In this document: in pieces, positions 41,857 through 53,095 of the stretch
Layout: every line of letters begins with the position of its first letter
Numbering within the stretch: the first letter of the stretch is position 1
Source of the DNA: an uncultured Rivularia sp.
Lineage (GTDB): Bacteria; Cyanobacteriota; Cyanobacteriia; Cyanobacteriales; Nostocaceae
Length of the DNA stretch: 64,000 nucleotides
Assembly: GCA_963665115.1 (NCBI GenBank)
Contig: OY762007.1
Span: forward strand, 3,584,001-3,648,000
Reading direction: 5' to 3'
Notes under the pieces: model-generated
What the model was told of the DNA's origin: nothing
What the model saw: the letters and a program-made list of their open reading frames with translations, nothing else
The model's database searches: none
Position numbers and translations under genes: made by a program

Positions 41857-43752
41857 TTAAGGTAAATATTTGTATTCTTTCCTTAACTCAAAATGTGCCT
41901 CCTGAATAGAAAGCGTCAATCCGACTTCATCATTATTGTTATTCCGAGCTATTCTTGAAGCTGTCTGTCCATTATTATCCCTTAAAGTAGGATTTGCTCC
42001 CTTTTCAATTAGGAACTCAATTAGATTTGGACTATTACTTTCTTTCGCTGCAATCATTAATGGTGTTTTGCCAAAATGATCCCTTTTATTAATATCGGCT
42101 CCCTTTGCAATTAGCAATTCGAGTAAAGTGAAATTACTATTTTCTTCGATTGCGAGCATTAACGGTGTTTTACCATCAATTGTGTTTCTTTTGTCGATTT
42201 CGGCTCCTTGTTCAAGGAAATATTTTATTAAGTCTAGATTGTTCTCTTTTGCAGCAAAATGTAGTGGAGTATAACCAGCAGAATTGCTAACTTTAATTTC
42301 TGCTTTTTTATTGACAATAAATTTTACCAGAGCAAGTGTATCCTTATTATCGTTACCTTGATTCTTTTCTAAAGTATCTATAGAATATCTTTGATTTTGA
42401 TTTAATTCTTGAAATACGAGATATAGGGGAGTGTTTCCAAATTTATCTTTTGTATTGATATCTGCTTGATGAGATAAAAGTAATTCTATCATCGATTTAT
42501 TTTGATTTGCGACTGCATGATGTAGTGGAGTCCGATTAAACAAATCTTGAGTGTTAACATCAGCACCTTTGGATATTAAAAACTTTGCCCAATCAACAGA
42601 ATTTACATAAGGTAATGTATTATTTATATTTGCACCTTTAGCTATTAAAAAATCTACTAACTGTTGAGAATTAGCATTCATTGCACATAGTAATAAGCTC
42701 CTTTCTTCTAATTTATAACTTCCTGTACCGTATTCAATAAATTTATAATTAGGATTTCCACCTAAATTTACAAAATTTGTTATCTGCGAAGCATTTTTAC
42801 AGATGGTTTGTGGAGGTTTGAAACCTAGCGGAACTAAAATTGCCCATTTATAATTATTAAAAATAAAAGTGCCTAAAGCGATGGTAATCCCCATTGCTAT
42901 GGCAGCTTTCAACAACATGGGTTTTGGCTTTCCCAAGATTATCTTCCGCTTCCCCTGCAACACCTCCAAAGCAACTTTCGCTGAAGAAAATCTTTCCTCT
43001 AAATCTGGCTCCAGCATTTTATCCAGCCAGTCTGCAAAATCATCAGATACCTTTATTTGACTGCGAAAGTCGATTTTTAAACCATCTGTGGGAAAATCTG
43101 CGGGGGAGCGATGTGTGAGCAAAAATAATAATGTTGCACCTAAACCATATAAATCGGTTGCGGGTACGGCTTTTCCTTGAAACTGCTCTGGTGCCATGTA
43201 ACCGTAAGTTCCCACAACCGTACTACCGCGCATAAAAGTACTGTAGTAGGTATCTTGCACTGCACCAAAATCTACTAGAAATACTTTCTTGTTATCGTAA
43301 ATAATATTTTGCGGTTTGATATCTCGATGAGTGACTGGAGGTGTCAGCGAATGCAGGTAAATTAAAATTTCTAAAATTTGCTTGGCTATATCTTTTAGCT
43401 GTTGCTCGTTAGTGCGCCAATTTTCTTCTACAAGTTTGGCTAGAGATTTACCAGGAGCGAGTTGTTGGGCAATATAAAAATGTTTTTCCCCATCGGTATC
43501 GGCATCAAAATATTCTAAATAATCAGGAATTGAGGGATGATTGAGTTGAGCCAGAATCTTTGCTTCTCTTTCAAATAATTCCATTGCTTTCCAATCTGTC
43601 ATTCTATGTAATGACAGCGCTTTTAAAGCAACGATTTGATTCTTATGTAAATCTTGAGCGAGGTAGGTTATCCCACTTCCACCTTCTCCCAAAGTATTGA
43701 TAATTTGGTACTTTTGGGCAACTATATTATTAGATTGATTAAACGGTTTCAT
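41857..43752 (-). CDS. Ser/Thr protein kinase, TM segment, ankyrin repeats
   Basis: HRDIKPQN, DFG, APE; repeated TPLH/TPLM...GADIN motifs. Confidence 0.92.
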   Translation of the reverse strand: MKPFNQSNNIVAQKYQIINTLGEGGSGITYLAQDLHKNQIVALKALSLHRMTDWKAMELFEREAKILAQLNHPSIPDYLEYFDADTDGEKHFYIAQQLAPGKSLAKLVEENWRTNEQQLKDIAKQILEILIYLHSLTPPVTHRDIKPQNIIYDNKKVFLVDFGAVQDTYYSTFMRGSTVVGTYGYMAPEQFQGKAVPATDLYGLGATLLFLLTHRSPADFPTDGLKIDFRSQIKVSDDFADWLDKMLEPDLEERFSSAKVALEVLQGKRKIILGKPKPMLLKAAIAMGITIALGTFIFNNYKWAILVPLGFKPPQTICKNASQITNFVNLGGNPNYKFIEYGTGSYKLEERSLLLCAMNANSQQLVDFLIAKGANINNTLPYVNSVDWAKFLISKGADVNTQDLFNRTPLHHAVANQNKSMIELLLSHQADINTKDKFGNTPLYLVFQELNQNQRYSIDTLEKNQGNDNKDTLALVKFIVNKKAEIKVSNSAGYTPLHFAAKENNLDLIKYFLEQGAEIDKRNTIDGKTPLMLAIEENSNFTLLELLIAKGADINKRDHFGKTPLMIAAKESNSPNLIEFLIEKGANPTLRDNNGQTASRIARNNNNDEVGLTLSIQEAHFELRKEYKYLP

Positions 43753-43884
43753 GTAAAGGAAAGCTTAAATATATTAAATTCAATGATTAAATTTTAGGTG
43801 TATCTTAGTATGACTATTCACCGTAAAAATGCCGATTTTACGATATTTATATAATATTTTTGAAATACAATAAAAATCAAATTC

Positions 43885-44736
43885 ATGACTAATTATTTCA
43901 AGTCAAAACCAGAAGTAAACACCGTTAAAGCTTGGATGTTTGAAGATACGCTGCTGGAATTCTATCGTTATGTGCCTACCGAGCCGGAAAAATTACCAGC
44001 ACATTGCCACTCGGAATATCAGTTTTGTTTAAGCCCTAATTACCCTAGCGAATATTATTACCGCAAGTCAGTTCACTTTTTGCCTCCTTGGAGTTTGAGC
44101 ATTATTCATCCAGGAGAGATGCATTCGGGAACCGGAAGAGATGTAGGAAACTGCAAAATTCCCGCGACATTTCTAATGATGTATGTAAAACCTAAAATTA
44201 TTCATCAATTTGCTCAAGAATTAGGTTGGCACGCTAAATTACCATTCTTTCGTAACTCAATTATTTTTGATTCTAGTATTGCTCGATTATTTCTCAACTT
44301 TCATCAAGCTTCTGATGGTAAGGCTTCTAGATTAGAACAAAATGTGCGAGCGCAATTGTTTTTATCTTATTTAATTAATAATTTTGCTTCTGGTAAATCT
44401 GTAGTTAAACCTTGTGCTGAAGAAAGAAAAGCTATTAAGCAAGTACGCAATTATTTATACGATTATTATGATGAAGATGTCAGCCTTAAGCAGCTTGCGG
44501 AATTTGTTAATTTTAGCCCTTATTATTTAAGTCGAGTATTTAAAGCAGAAGTGGGAGTTTCCTTACCGCAATATCAAGCTCAAGTGCGAATAAATCAAGC
44601 TAAATTAATGTTGCTTCAAGGAACACCTATCAAGCAAGTTGCTGCTAGAACTGGTTTTGTGGATCAAAGTCACTTTACGCACCACTTCAAACGCTTTGTA
44701 CAGGTGACTCCGGGAAATTATATTATATCGCCGTAA
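43885..44736 (+). CDS. AraC family transcriptional regulator
   Basis: HCH cupin N-domain; GFVDQSHFTHHFK. Confidence 0.92.
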   Translation: MTNYFKSKPEVNTVKAWMFEDTLLEFYRYVPTEPEKLPAHCHSEYQFCLSPNYPSEYYYRKSVHFLPPWSLSIIHPGEMHSGTGRDVGNCKIPATFLMMYVKPKIIHQFAQELGWHAKLPFFRNSIIFDSSIARLFLNFHQASDGKASRLEQNVRAQLFLSYLINNFASGKSVVKPCAEERKAIKQVRNYLYDYYDEDVSLKQLAEFVNFSPYYLSRVFKAEVGVSLPQYQAQVRINQAKLMLLQGTPIKQVAARTGFVDQSHFTHHFKRFVQVTPGNYIISP

Positions 44737-44840
44737 TTGGTAATTGAAAAAACAGCGCAATAATATACAAGACTTGCTCAATCCGAAAAGATATCTTTTT
44801 TGAAAAGATGTATAGAACTTTCGGAAAGATATTAAAAGAA

Positions 44841-45773
44841 ATGAGTAATTCAGAATTTGAACCACCATTAAATAATCAAAACAAACACCTAACTAGACGA
44901 AAGCTTGTTTTAGGTGGGGCTGCTGCTGGAGTTACGGCTGCGGTAATAGCTCAAAAAGTGCAAGCAAATACCGAAACACCACCACAACCAGCAACCAGTA
45001 AAGCCAATCCGAAAGGTAGATTTGCCGATAAAGTTGTTATTGTCACGGGTGCAACTTCCGGTATCGGCGAAGCAACTGCGATCGCTTTTGCTCAAGAAGG
45101 TGCAAAAGTTGCTTTTAACGGCAGACGAGCCAATTTGGGAGACAAAATTGAGCAAGCAATTCGTCAACAAGGTGGTGAAGCCAGCTATATCCAAACGGAT
45201 GTACGCGAGCCAGAACAAGTAATGCAGTTTTTTCGCGAAGTTATCAAACGCTACGGGAAGCTAGATATTGCTTTTAATAATGCTGGTGTCGTTAGCCCGA
45301 ATGCTCCTAGTGCCGAACAATCTTTGGAAACTTGGATAGATGTAATGAACACCAACGCTCGCGGTTACTGGTTGTGCATGAAAGAAGAAATTCCGATTAT
45401 GCTCAAACAAGGTGGCGGACATATTATTAATAATGCTTCAGTTTCAGCCCATGTTGGTTTTGCGAACATCATGCCTTACTCCACATCTAAACACGCTATT
45501 CTTGGCTTAACCAAATGTGCGGCATTAGAATACGGCTCCCAAAATATTCGTATCAACTCAATCAGCCCCGGTGGAGTAGATACACCTATGCGGCGACAAG
45601 CAATTTTAGCGCAAAATAGCGACCCTACAACACCACCGCCAAATCTACCGAAACGAATTAATACATCACATGAAATGGCGCGAGTTGTAATGATGCTGGC
45701 TTCCGATGACGCTACCTCAATCCTCGGTACCGATATTGATGTGACAACCGGAATGCTGACAAGTTGCGTTTAA
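44841..45773 (+). CDS. SDR oxidoreductase with twin-arginine leader
   Basis: TRRKLVLGGAAA; TGATSGIG, NNAG, YSTSK. Confidence 0.9.
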   Translation: MSNSEFEPPLNNQNKHLTRRKLVLGGAAAGVTAAVIAQKVQANTETPPQPATSKANPKGRFADKVVIVTGATSGIGEATAIAFAQEGAKVAFNGRRANLGDKIEQAIRQQGGEASYIQTDVREPEQVMQFFREVIKRYGKLDIAFNNAGVVSPNAPSAEQSLETWIDVMNTNARGYWLCMKEEIPIMLKQGGGHIINNASVSAHVGFANIMPYSTSKHAILGLTKCAALEYGSQNIRINSISPGGVDTPMRRQAILAQNSDPTTPPPNLPKRINTSHEMARVVMMLASDDATSILGTDIDVTTGMLTSCV

Positions 45774-45951
45774 TTCACTGACGTTAAAAGTCTTAATAAT
45801 CACTAATTAACCCACCTCCGTGGGTTTTGCTTGTGTAGCAGAGCCATTGCGTTGCGGGGATTCCCCTCGTTGTAGCAACGTGCGGTTTCAACCGCCAGAC
45901 TTTAATGCTGGGTTTCGTTTCTCAACCCAGCCTACATACTGTTACCAATTA

Positions 45952-47643
45952 TCAATTATCAATTATCAATTCCCAATTACCACCTTGTTTTCCACGAACT
46001 ATTTCTAAACCTTCTTTTAAAGCATTCAATCTTTGATCCATCCAGTGATGTTCGGGAATTAAACCTTGAATACCCAATTTTTCTAAACGTCTTTTAACTT
46101 TTCCTGTTGCTCCCACAACTATTACTTCCCGATGCTCATCAATGGCTTCTTGAATTGCATTTTCAATCGCTAAGGAAGAAGTTACACCTAAAAGAGGAAC
46201 TTCACCTAAATCAACTATCAAAACATCGTAATTAGAAATAGCACTATGTTCTCTTGATATTGCTTTAGCAACTCCGAAAATCATTGGGCCGCTAAGATGA
46301 AATAATAATACTCTTCCATTGGCTAAATCTAAATATTTCTTTTCTTCAGGATTAAGAACAATTTTATCGTCGTCGTCGGTAATTGCTTTGACAGATTTAG
46401 ATTGCATTTCGTTCAAACGAGCAATAGTTAAAATATTCGCAACAAATACCCCGACGGCTACGGCAACCATTAAATCCACAAATACCGTCAGCAATACAAC
46501 ACCGTAAAGAATTCCGGCTGTTTTCAAGGAAATTTTGTGAACCCGTTTGAGAAAACTCCAATCAATAATATCAATCCCGACTTTTAAAACAATTGCTGCT
46601 AATACAGCAAGGGGAATTCCTGATGTTAAAGGAGCAGCCCACAACACCACAATTAACAGCACTAGAGCACGACTAATTCCCGATAACGCAGTTCTTGCAC
46701 CAGTTTGAATATTAACTACAGTTCCCGTTGTGGAACCAGAACCCGCAATTCCACCACATAAGCCGGTAATCAAATTAGCAACACCTTGCCCAATTAATTC
46801 TTTGTTTGGTTTATTTTCGGTACGGGTGAGACTGTCAGCAACAACGCAAGTTAACATACAGTCGATGGAACCTACCATACCTAACACTAAACTTTCGACA
46901 AACATTAACCTGAAATTGTCACTGCTAAAAGTAGGTAAATGTATTTCAGGTAAACCGGGAGTGATTTCACCGATAGTGGCAATGGTGCGAATTTGTACAC
47001 CATTTAATAAAAATATCCCAATTAAAGTACCGACAATTAAAGCTACTAATTGGGAAGGAATAAAGTTTTTTAATTTATTTGGATACAGAAAAAGAATTGC
47101 TAAAGTTACAATTCCCAAACCAGTTTCCCAATAATTAATATTAGTAATTAATGTTGGTAGATTCTGAATCACACCAAGCACTCCACCTTGGGGAGTTTCT
47201 TGTCCTAAAAAAGGTGCTATCTGAATAAAAATAAGAATTACACCGATTCCTGTCATAAATCCAGAAATCACATTGTAAGGCATCATTGTAATGTACTTTC
47301 CTAACCTAAGTAATCCAAAGATAATTTGAAATACTCCCGCCATCATGATTACCGTAAATGCCATTTCCAAACCATTTTCGGGATTATTAGCGGTTAGTTC
47401 AGTAATGAATGCGGTGACAAGTACCGTCATCGGTCCGGTTGGCTCGGAAATTAAACTTGGAGTACCACCGAACAAAGCGGCGAAAAATCCGACTAATATC
47501 GCTCCCCACAATCCCGCAGAAGCACCCGCACCAGAAGCTATACCAAAAGCTAATGCCATAGGCAAAGCTACCACCGCTGCCGTTACCCCTCCGAGAATAT
47601 CTCCTCGCAAGTTACGGAAATGGATCTGATTAGTTATTTGCAT
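45952..47643 (-). CDS. bicA: BicA-type SulP bicarbonate transporter, copy 1
   Basis: ALPMALAFG, ISEPTGPMT, C-terminal STAS (LSGPMIFG). Confidence 0.8.
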   Translation of the reverse strand: MQITNQIHFRNLRGDILGGVTAAVVALPMALAFGIASGAGASAGLWGAILVGFFAALFGGTPSLISEPTGPMTVLVTAFITELTANNPENGLEMAFTVIMMAGVFQIIFGLLRLGKYITMMPYNVISGFMTGIGVILIFIQIAPFLGQETPQGGVLGVIQNLPTLITNINYWETGLGIVTLAILFLYPNKLKNFIPSQLVALIVGTLIGIFLLNGVQIRTIATIGEITPGLPEIHLPTFSSDNFRLMFVESLVLGMVGSIDCMLTCVVADSLTRTENKPNKELIGQGVANLITGLCGGIAGSGSTTGTVVNIQTGARTALSGISRALVLLIVVLWAAPLTSGIPLAVLAAIVLKVGIDIIDWSFLKRVHKISLKTAGILYGVVLLTVFVDLMVAVAVGVFVANILTIARLNEMQSKSVKAITDDDDKIVLNPEEKKYLDLANGRVLLFHLSGPMIFGVAKAISREHSAISNYDVLIVDLGEVPLLGVTSSLAIENAIQEAIDEHREVIVVGATGKVKRRLEKLGIQGLIPEHHWMDQRLNALKEGLEIVRGKQGGNWELIIDN

Positions 47644-47811
47644 TTTGCATTATTACTCCATTAGAAAATCGAGTTGAATTAATTCATGGGAATGGAGAAT
47701 GCACCATTCTCAACAAGCAAAAAGAAACCGGGTTTTTCGTGCTGAGAATATAATTTTTTGGTTTAGCTATATACAAGAAATCCGGTTTTTCGTCAAGGTA
47801 CAAGATCTGAA

Positions 47812-48095
47812 TCAACGAAACAGCAATATAGGAATATCCGTACTTCTAAGCAGTTGAGCGGTTATACTACCAATTACCGTCATTGCGAATGCGGCTATAT
47901 CCGTAAGCTCCCATGAGTAATAAGCTAATATCTTGCTCGTTGATATAGTTGGCAATCTTCTAAAAAACTGCAACAGTATTTGATATTTAGCTCTTTTTCA
48001 TGATTGCTTAGGTTGGTTAAGTCTGTCTGTTGCCGTTCTATCAGAGCTATTTTTAGTTACTGTTAACAGATTTATTTCTAAGCTTTGAAAACAAG
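47812..48095 (-). pseudogene. Decayed copy of the 3' part of the USP gene
   Basis: Colinear nucleotide similarity to 50383-~50680 (e.g. GCGAATGCGGCT, TCCGTAAGCTCCCATGAG, CTAATATCTTG). Confidence 0.8.
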
Positions 48096-48210
48096 GAAAA
48101 TGTCATAAAAATTTGAGTATCTTTTTTTCGTTAAACTACGGTCATAAGCAAAAAAAATCCGCTGAATCGGTTTAAATTCAGCGGTGATTTTTGGTTATTT
48201 AGCAGCGGTT

Positions 48211-49903
48211 TCAACCGCCAAACTGTTCGCTTTTTCTGCCGCTAACTATAGCAAAACCTTCTTTTAATGCACTCAGCCTTTCATCCATCCAGTGATGTTC
48301 GGGAATTAAACCTTTGATACCCAATTTTTCTAAACGCTTTTTGACTTTTCCTGTTGCTCCCACGACTATCACTTCCCTACGCTCATCAATGGCTTCGTGA
48401 ATTGCATTTTCAATCGCTAAGGAAGAGGTTACGCCCAAAACAGGAACTTCAGCTATATCTACAATTAAGACATCGTAATTTGCGATCGCACCATGTTCTC
48501 TGGCAATAGCTTTAGCAACTCCGAAAATCATCGGGCCGCTAAGATGAAATAATAATACTCTGCCGTTTGCTAAATCTAAATATTTCTTTTCTTCGGAACT
48601 AAGAAAAATTTGGTCGTCGTCGTCGGTAATTGCTTTGACAGCTTTTGATTGCATTTCATCAAGACGAGCGATAGTTAAGATGTTTGCAACAAATACCCCT
48701 ACGGCTACAGCTACCATTAAATCGACAAATACTGTTAGGAAGACCACACTATAAAGAATTCCGGCTGACTTCAAAGAAATTTTGTGAACTCGCTTCAGAA
48801 AACCCCAGTCAATAATATCGATCCCTACTTTTAAAACAATTGCGGCTAATACAGCAAGGGGAATACCTGATGTTAAAGGGGCTGCCCACAATACGACAAC
48901 TAACAACACCAAAGCCCGACTAATACCCGACAATGCAGTTCTTCCACCGGCTTGAATATTAACAACAGTCGCCGTTGTGGCTCCAGAACCGGCAATTCCA
49001 CCACAAAAGCCGGTAATTAAATTAGCAACACCTTGACCAATTAATTCTTTATTTGATTTATGTTCGGTACGGGTAAGACTGTCAGAAACCAAGCAAGTTA
49101 ACATACAGTCGATGGAGCCTACCATCGCCAATATCAAACCATTGACAAACATTAACCTCAAATTACCACTAGTAAAATCTGGCCAATATAGTCTTTCGGG
49201 TAAACCAGGAGTAATTTCACCAATAGTGGCAATAGTACGAATTTCTATTCCTCTCAAAAAAATCAAGGAAATTAACGTACCGACAACTAAAGCTACTAGC
49301 TGTGGAGGAACAAACTTTTTTAATTTATTCGGGTACAAAAAGAGAATTGCTAAAGTTACAATTCCTAAACCAGTTTCGACAAAATTAATATTGGCAATTA
49401 AATCCGGGAAATTCCTAATTACGCCAAGCACACCACCTTTTGGAGTTTCTTGCCCTAAAAAAGGTGCTATTTGAATAAAAATTAAAATAACACCGATTCC
49501 CGTCATAAATCCAGAAACCACGTTATAGGGCAGCATTGTAATATACCGCCCTAATTTCAGTAACCCAAAAATAATTTGAAATAGCCCTGCCAACATGGTT
49601 ACGGTAAATCCCATTGCCAAAGCTTTTGGTGGATCTTCGGGGTAAATAGCCATCAGTTCGGCAATAACTGCGGTAACAATTACCGTCATCGGGGCCAGTT
49701 GGCTCGGAAATTAGGCTGGGTGTACCGCCGAATAAAGCCGCAAAAAATCCGATTAATATTGCTCCCCACAACCCCGCAGAAGCACCTGCACCAGAAGCGA
49801 TACCAAAAGCTAATGCCATCGGTAAAGCAACTACTGCTGCCGTTAATCCGCCGAGAATATCCCCCCGCAAATTACGGAAATGGATTTGATTTGTTATTTG
49901 CAT
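48211..49903 (-). CDS. bicA: BicA-type SulP transporter, copy 2, +1 frameshift at ~49692
   Basis: Close paralog of 45952-47643; one extra base in the EPTGPM codons. Confidence 0.78.
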
Positions 49904-49905
49904 AA

Positions 49906-50374
49906 AAAGGTCAAAGGTTACAGGTTAAAGGTTAGAGGTTAAAGGTCAAAGGTTAAAGGTCAAAGGTCAAAGGTCAAAGGTTAAAGGTCAAAGGTCAAAG
50001 GTTAAAGGTCAAAGGTTAAAGGTCAAAGGTTAAAGGTCAAAGGTCAAAGGTTAAAGGTCAAAGGTTAAAGGTCAAAGGTTAAAGGTCAAAGGTTAAAGGT
50101 CAAAGGTTAAAGGTCAAAGGTTAAAGGTTAAAGGTCAAAGGTTAAAGGTCAAAGGTTAAAGGTCAAAGGTTAAAGGTCAAAGGTTAAAGGTCAAAGGTTA
50201 GAGGTTAAAGGTTAGAGGTTAGAGGTTAAAGGTTAGGTTGAAATAGTAAAATTCCTACTACTCCCTACTCCCTACTCCCTACTCCCTACTCCCTACTCCC
50301 TACTCCTTACTCCCTACTCACATCTCACATCTCACATCTCACATCTCACATCTCACATCTCACATCTCACATCT
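49906..50374. repeat. Three consecutive heptamer arrays: (AAAGGTC/AAAGGTT)n, (CTACTCC)n, (CACATCT)n
   Basis: Directly visible. Confidence 0.95.
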
Positions 50375-50382
50375 CTTCAAAA

Positions 50383-51246
50383 TCAACGAAATAGTAACAA
50401 AGGAATATTGCTACTTCTGAGTAGTTGAGCGGTGGTACTGCCGATTACTAAATGGCGAATGCGGCTGTGTCCGTAAGCTCCCATGAGCAAAAGACTAATA
50501 TCTTGTTCCTTAACATACTCAGCAATGGCTTTTTCCGATTCACCTTCTAATAAGCTACAAACTGGCTGATATTTAGCTCTTTCTAAAGATTGTTTGGCTT
50601 CATCAAGTCTGGCTGTTGCCTTTGGATCGGAACTATCTTTAGCTACAGTTAAAAGGTGTATTTCTAAATTTTGAAAAGCAGAAGAATTTGCTAAAAATTT
50701 CAATATCTTCTTTCCCGTCGCACTACCGTCATAAGCTAATAAGATGCGTTCAATGGGTTTAAATTCACTAGGAGTAACTAAGCAAGGCTTACGACTGCTG
50801 CGAACAATTCGATCCACATTTGCCCCTAAATGCCCCGGCGCAAAATCGGCTGCTTCTCCCCGTTGCCCTAAAAGAATCAAGTCTGAATTCTCTTCAAATT
50901 CATGCAAACAATCTACTAAGAAACCTGTTTTATGAATTAAATTAAAGTCTTCTATACCTTCTGCTTTTAGAGTTTGCGCTGCATTATCTAAAATCAATCT
51001 TGCCCGTTGATTGTTTATCTTAGCTCTTTCATGTTCTAAATTTACTAATTCATTCAGTAATTTTTCGCAAGCACCAAGTCCAATACTGCCGCTTAAGTTA
51101 CCAGTATTTGCAACTTGTTGACTGCGAATATCCGTGACAGACAAAATCTTGATTTGGGCATTGAATTGAGTCGCAAACCAAGCCCCATATTTATAAATAT
51201 TTTCGGCGAAAGATGAGCCATCGGTACAAAGTAAAATATTTTTCAC
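50383..51246 (-). CDS. Tandem-domain universal stress protein
   Basis: ILLCTDGS, LLAYDGS, LMGAYGHSR, IGSTT; GTG start. Confidence 0.92.
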   Translation of the reverse strand: MKNILLCTDGSSFAENIYKYGAWFATQFNAQIKILSVTDIRSQQVANTGNLSGSIGLGACEKLLNELVNLEHERAKINNQRARLILDNAAQTLKAEGIEDFNLIHKTGFLVDCLHEFEENSDLILLGQRGEAADFAPGHLGANVDRIVRSSRKPCLVTPSEFKPIERILLAYDGSATGKKILKFLANSSAFQNLEIHLLTVAKDSSDPKATARLDEAKQSLERAKYQPVCSLLEGESEKAIAEYVKEQDISLLLMGAYGHSRIRHLVIGSTTAQLLRSSNIPLLLFR

Positions 51247-51352
51247 GGTGATTCCAGTCCCTGTAAGTGAAAGTATTGTTTATTGTCATAAAAAGCAGGG
51301 AGTAGGAAGTAGCAAACAGTAGATAGAAATTTGCCTAAAATAATCTTGCTCC

Positions 51353-52846
51353 TTATGTAGGGACATCGGATTTTTGATAGTCTGTCAATTTATCTAGTAA
51401 GGTGGCACTAGCTTCATTGAGTCCGATTAATTCTACTTCTGCTCCATTACGGCGAAATTTAAGTATCGCTTTATCGAGTACTTCTACTGCCCCTTGATCC
51501 CACAGGTGAGCATGAGTTAAATCGATGGTGACATTTTCAACTAGCTCCGTAAAATCAAAATACTCTAAAAATTCATCTCTTGATAAAAAGAAAATTTGTC
51601 CCGCGACTTTATAAGTGCAGTGCGAACCATCTTGACTGAGCATTTTATCTACAAATACCAACTGAGCAATCTTACGAGAAAAGAATACAGTACTCATTAC
51701 AATGCCCACAACCACACCAAGCGCAAAGTTGCTAGTAAAAATTATCACCAACATCGTAGTCAACATTACCGCTGTATCGGTGCGGGGAATACGACGAATA
51801 TTTTTAAAAGAAGACCAGCGAAATGTCCCAATTGATACCATAATCATTACTGCGACTAATGCCGCCATTGGCATTTGCTTTACCCAAATTTGCAAACCCA
51901 AAATCGCAATTAATAGGAAAACACCAGCCGCAAGAGTTGATAATCTACCTCTTCCGCCAGACTGCACGTTAATAACCGATTGTCCAATCATTCCACAACC
52001 AGCCATACCACCAAAGAAGCCCGCGATCATATTTGCAATCCCTTGCCCTTTTGCTTCCTGATTTTTATCGCTGGGAGTATCGGTAAATTCATCTACCAGG
52101 GAAGCCGTTAAAAATGAAGCCAATAATCCAACGATCGCCAAAGTCACGGAATAAGGCAGGATAATATTCAATGTTTCCAAATTAAACGGCACTTGGGGCA
52201 ATGCGAAACTAGGTAAGGCAGTGGGTAAATCTCCTTTATCTCCCACCGTGGGAACGTTAAGTTTTAGAGAAATAGCCGCTACAGTCATTACCACCAAAGC
52301 CACCAAGGGAGAAGGTACTACTTTGGTAAAGCGAGGCAAAATATAAATAATCGCCAGAGAAAGCGCAGTTAAAACGTATACTGTCAGCACGCTTACCGTT
52401 GACGGAAGACCGATTAATTCGGGTAACTGAGCCTTGAAAATCAACACAGCCAAAGCATTAACATAGCCAATCATCACTGCTCGGGGAATATACCTCATGT
52501 AGCGTCCGAGTTTTAGCACCCCAAACAAAACTTGAAAGATTCCCGTTACAAAAGTAGCTGCAAGTATATATTCTAAGCCAAGCTCTTTACCATACTCTTC
52601 AACTAAACTAATCATCAATAGAGCCATCGCTCCCGTAGCAGCAGAGATAGAAGCTGGCCTCCCTCCCAAAAACGCCGTTGTTATCGCAATAATAAACGAG
52701 GCATAAAGCCCCACCTTGGGATCGACACCAGCAATAATCGAAAAGGCGATCGCCTCGGGAATCAATGCCAATCCCACCACAGCCCCAGCCAAAATATCTT
52801 GCCGAGGATTAAAAAACCACTCTCGCTTCCAAGTTGTCAAATTCAA
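51353..52846 (-). CDS. SulP family anion transporter (non-BicA clade)
   Basis: [34 protein letters not shown] before the TTG start. Confidence 0.92.
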   Translation of the reverse strand: MNLTTWKREWFFNPRQDILAGAVVGLALIPEAIAFSIIAGVDPKVGLYASFIIAITTAFLGGRPASISAATGAMALLMISLVEEYGKELGLEYILAATFVTGIFQVLFGVLKLGRYMRYIPRAVMIGYVNALAVLIFKAQLPELIGLPSTVSVLTVYVLTALSLAIIYILPRFTKVVPSPLVALVVMTVAAISLKLNVPTVGDKGDLPTALPSFALPQVPFNLETLNIILPYSVTLAIVGLLASFLTASLVDEFTDTPSDKNQEAKGQGIANMIAGFFGGMAGCGMIGQSVINVQSGGRGRLSTLAAGVFLLIAILGLQIWVKQMPMAALVAVMIMVSIGTFRWSSFKNIRRIPRTDTAVMLTTMLVIIFTSNFALGVVVGIVMSTVFFSRKIAQLVFVDKMLSQDGSHCTYKVAGQIFFLSRDEFLEYFDFTELVENVTIDLTHAHLWDQGAVEVLDKAILKFRRNGAEVELIGLNEASATLLDKLTDYQKSDVPT

Positions 52847-53005
52847 GTTATCCTCCTAACACCGCGATCTAGTAAAGTTGCATAATTCATACCCAAAATA
52901 GCCCACTTGTAAATCTAATTCGGTAATTAATAATTCGTCATAAAAAAAGTGATATTCCCTTAGAGAACTTGTAAGATAAGATGTAGAACTTAACACAGAC
53001 CTTGA

Positions 53006-53095
53006 TTACAGCCAAATACGCACGCCGAACAATAGTGAAGCCGCCGTTTCTCCAAGATAAGTAAAAATAATTTTGATAAATATTGAATCAGGCAA
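53006..53095 (-). CDS. Candidate 29-aa leader peptide upstream of sulP
   Basis: TTG...TAA reading (M)PDSIFIKIIFTYLGETAASLLFGVRIWL; no strong RBS. Confidence 0.3.
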   Translation of the reverse strand: MPDSIFIKIIFTYLGETAASLLFGVRIWL

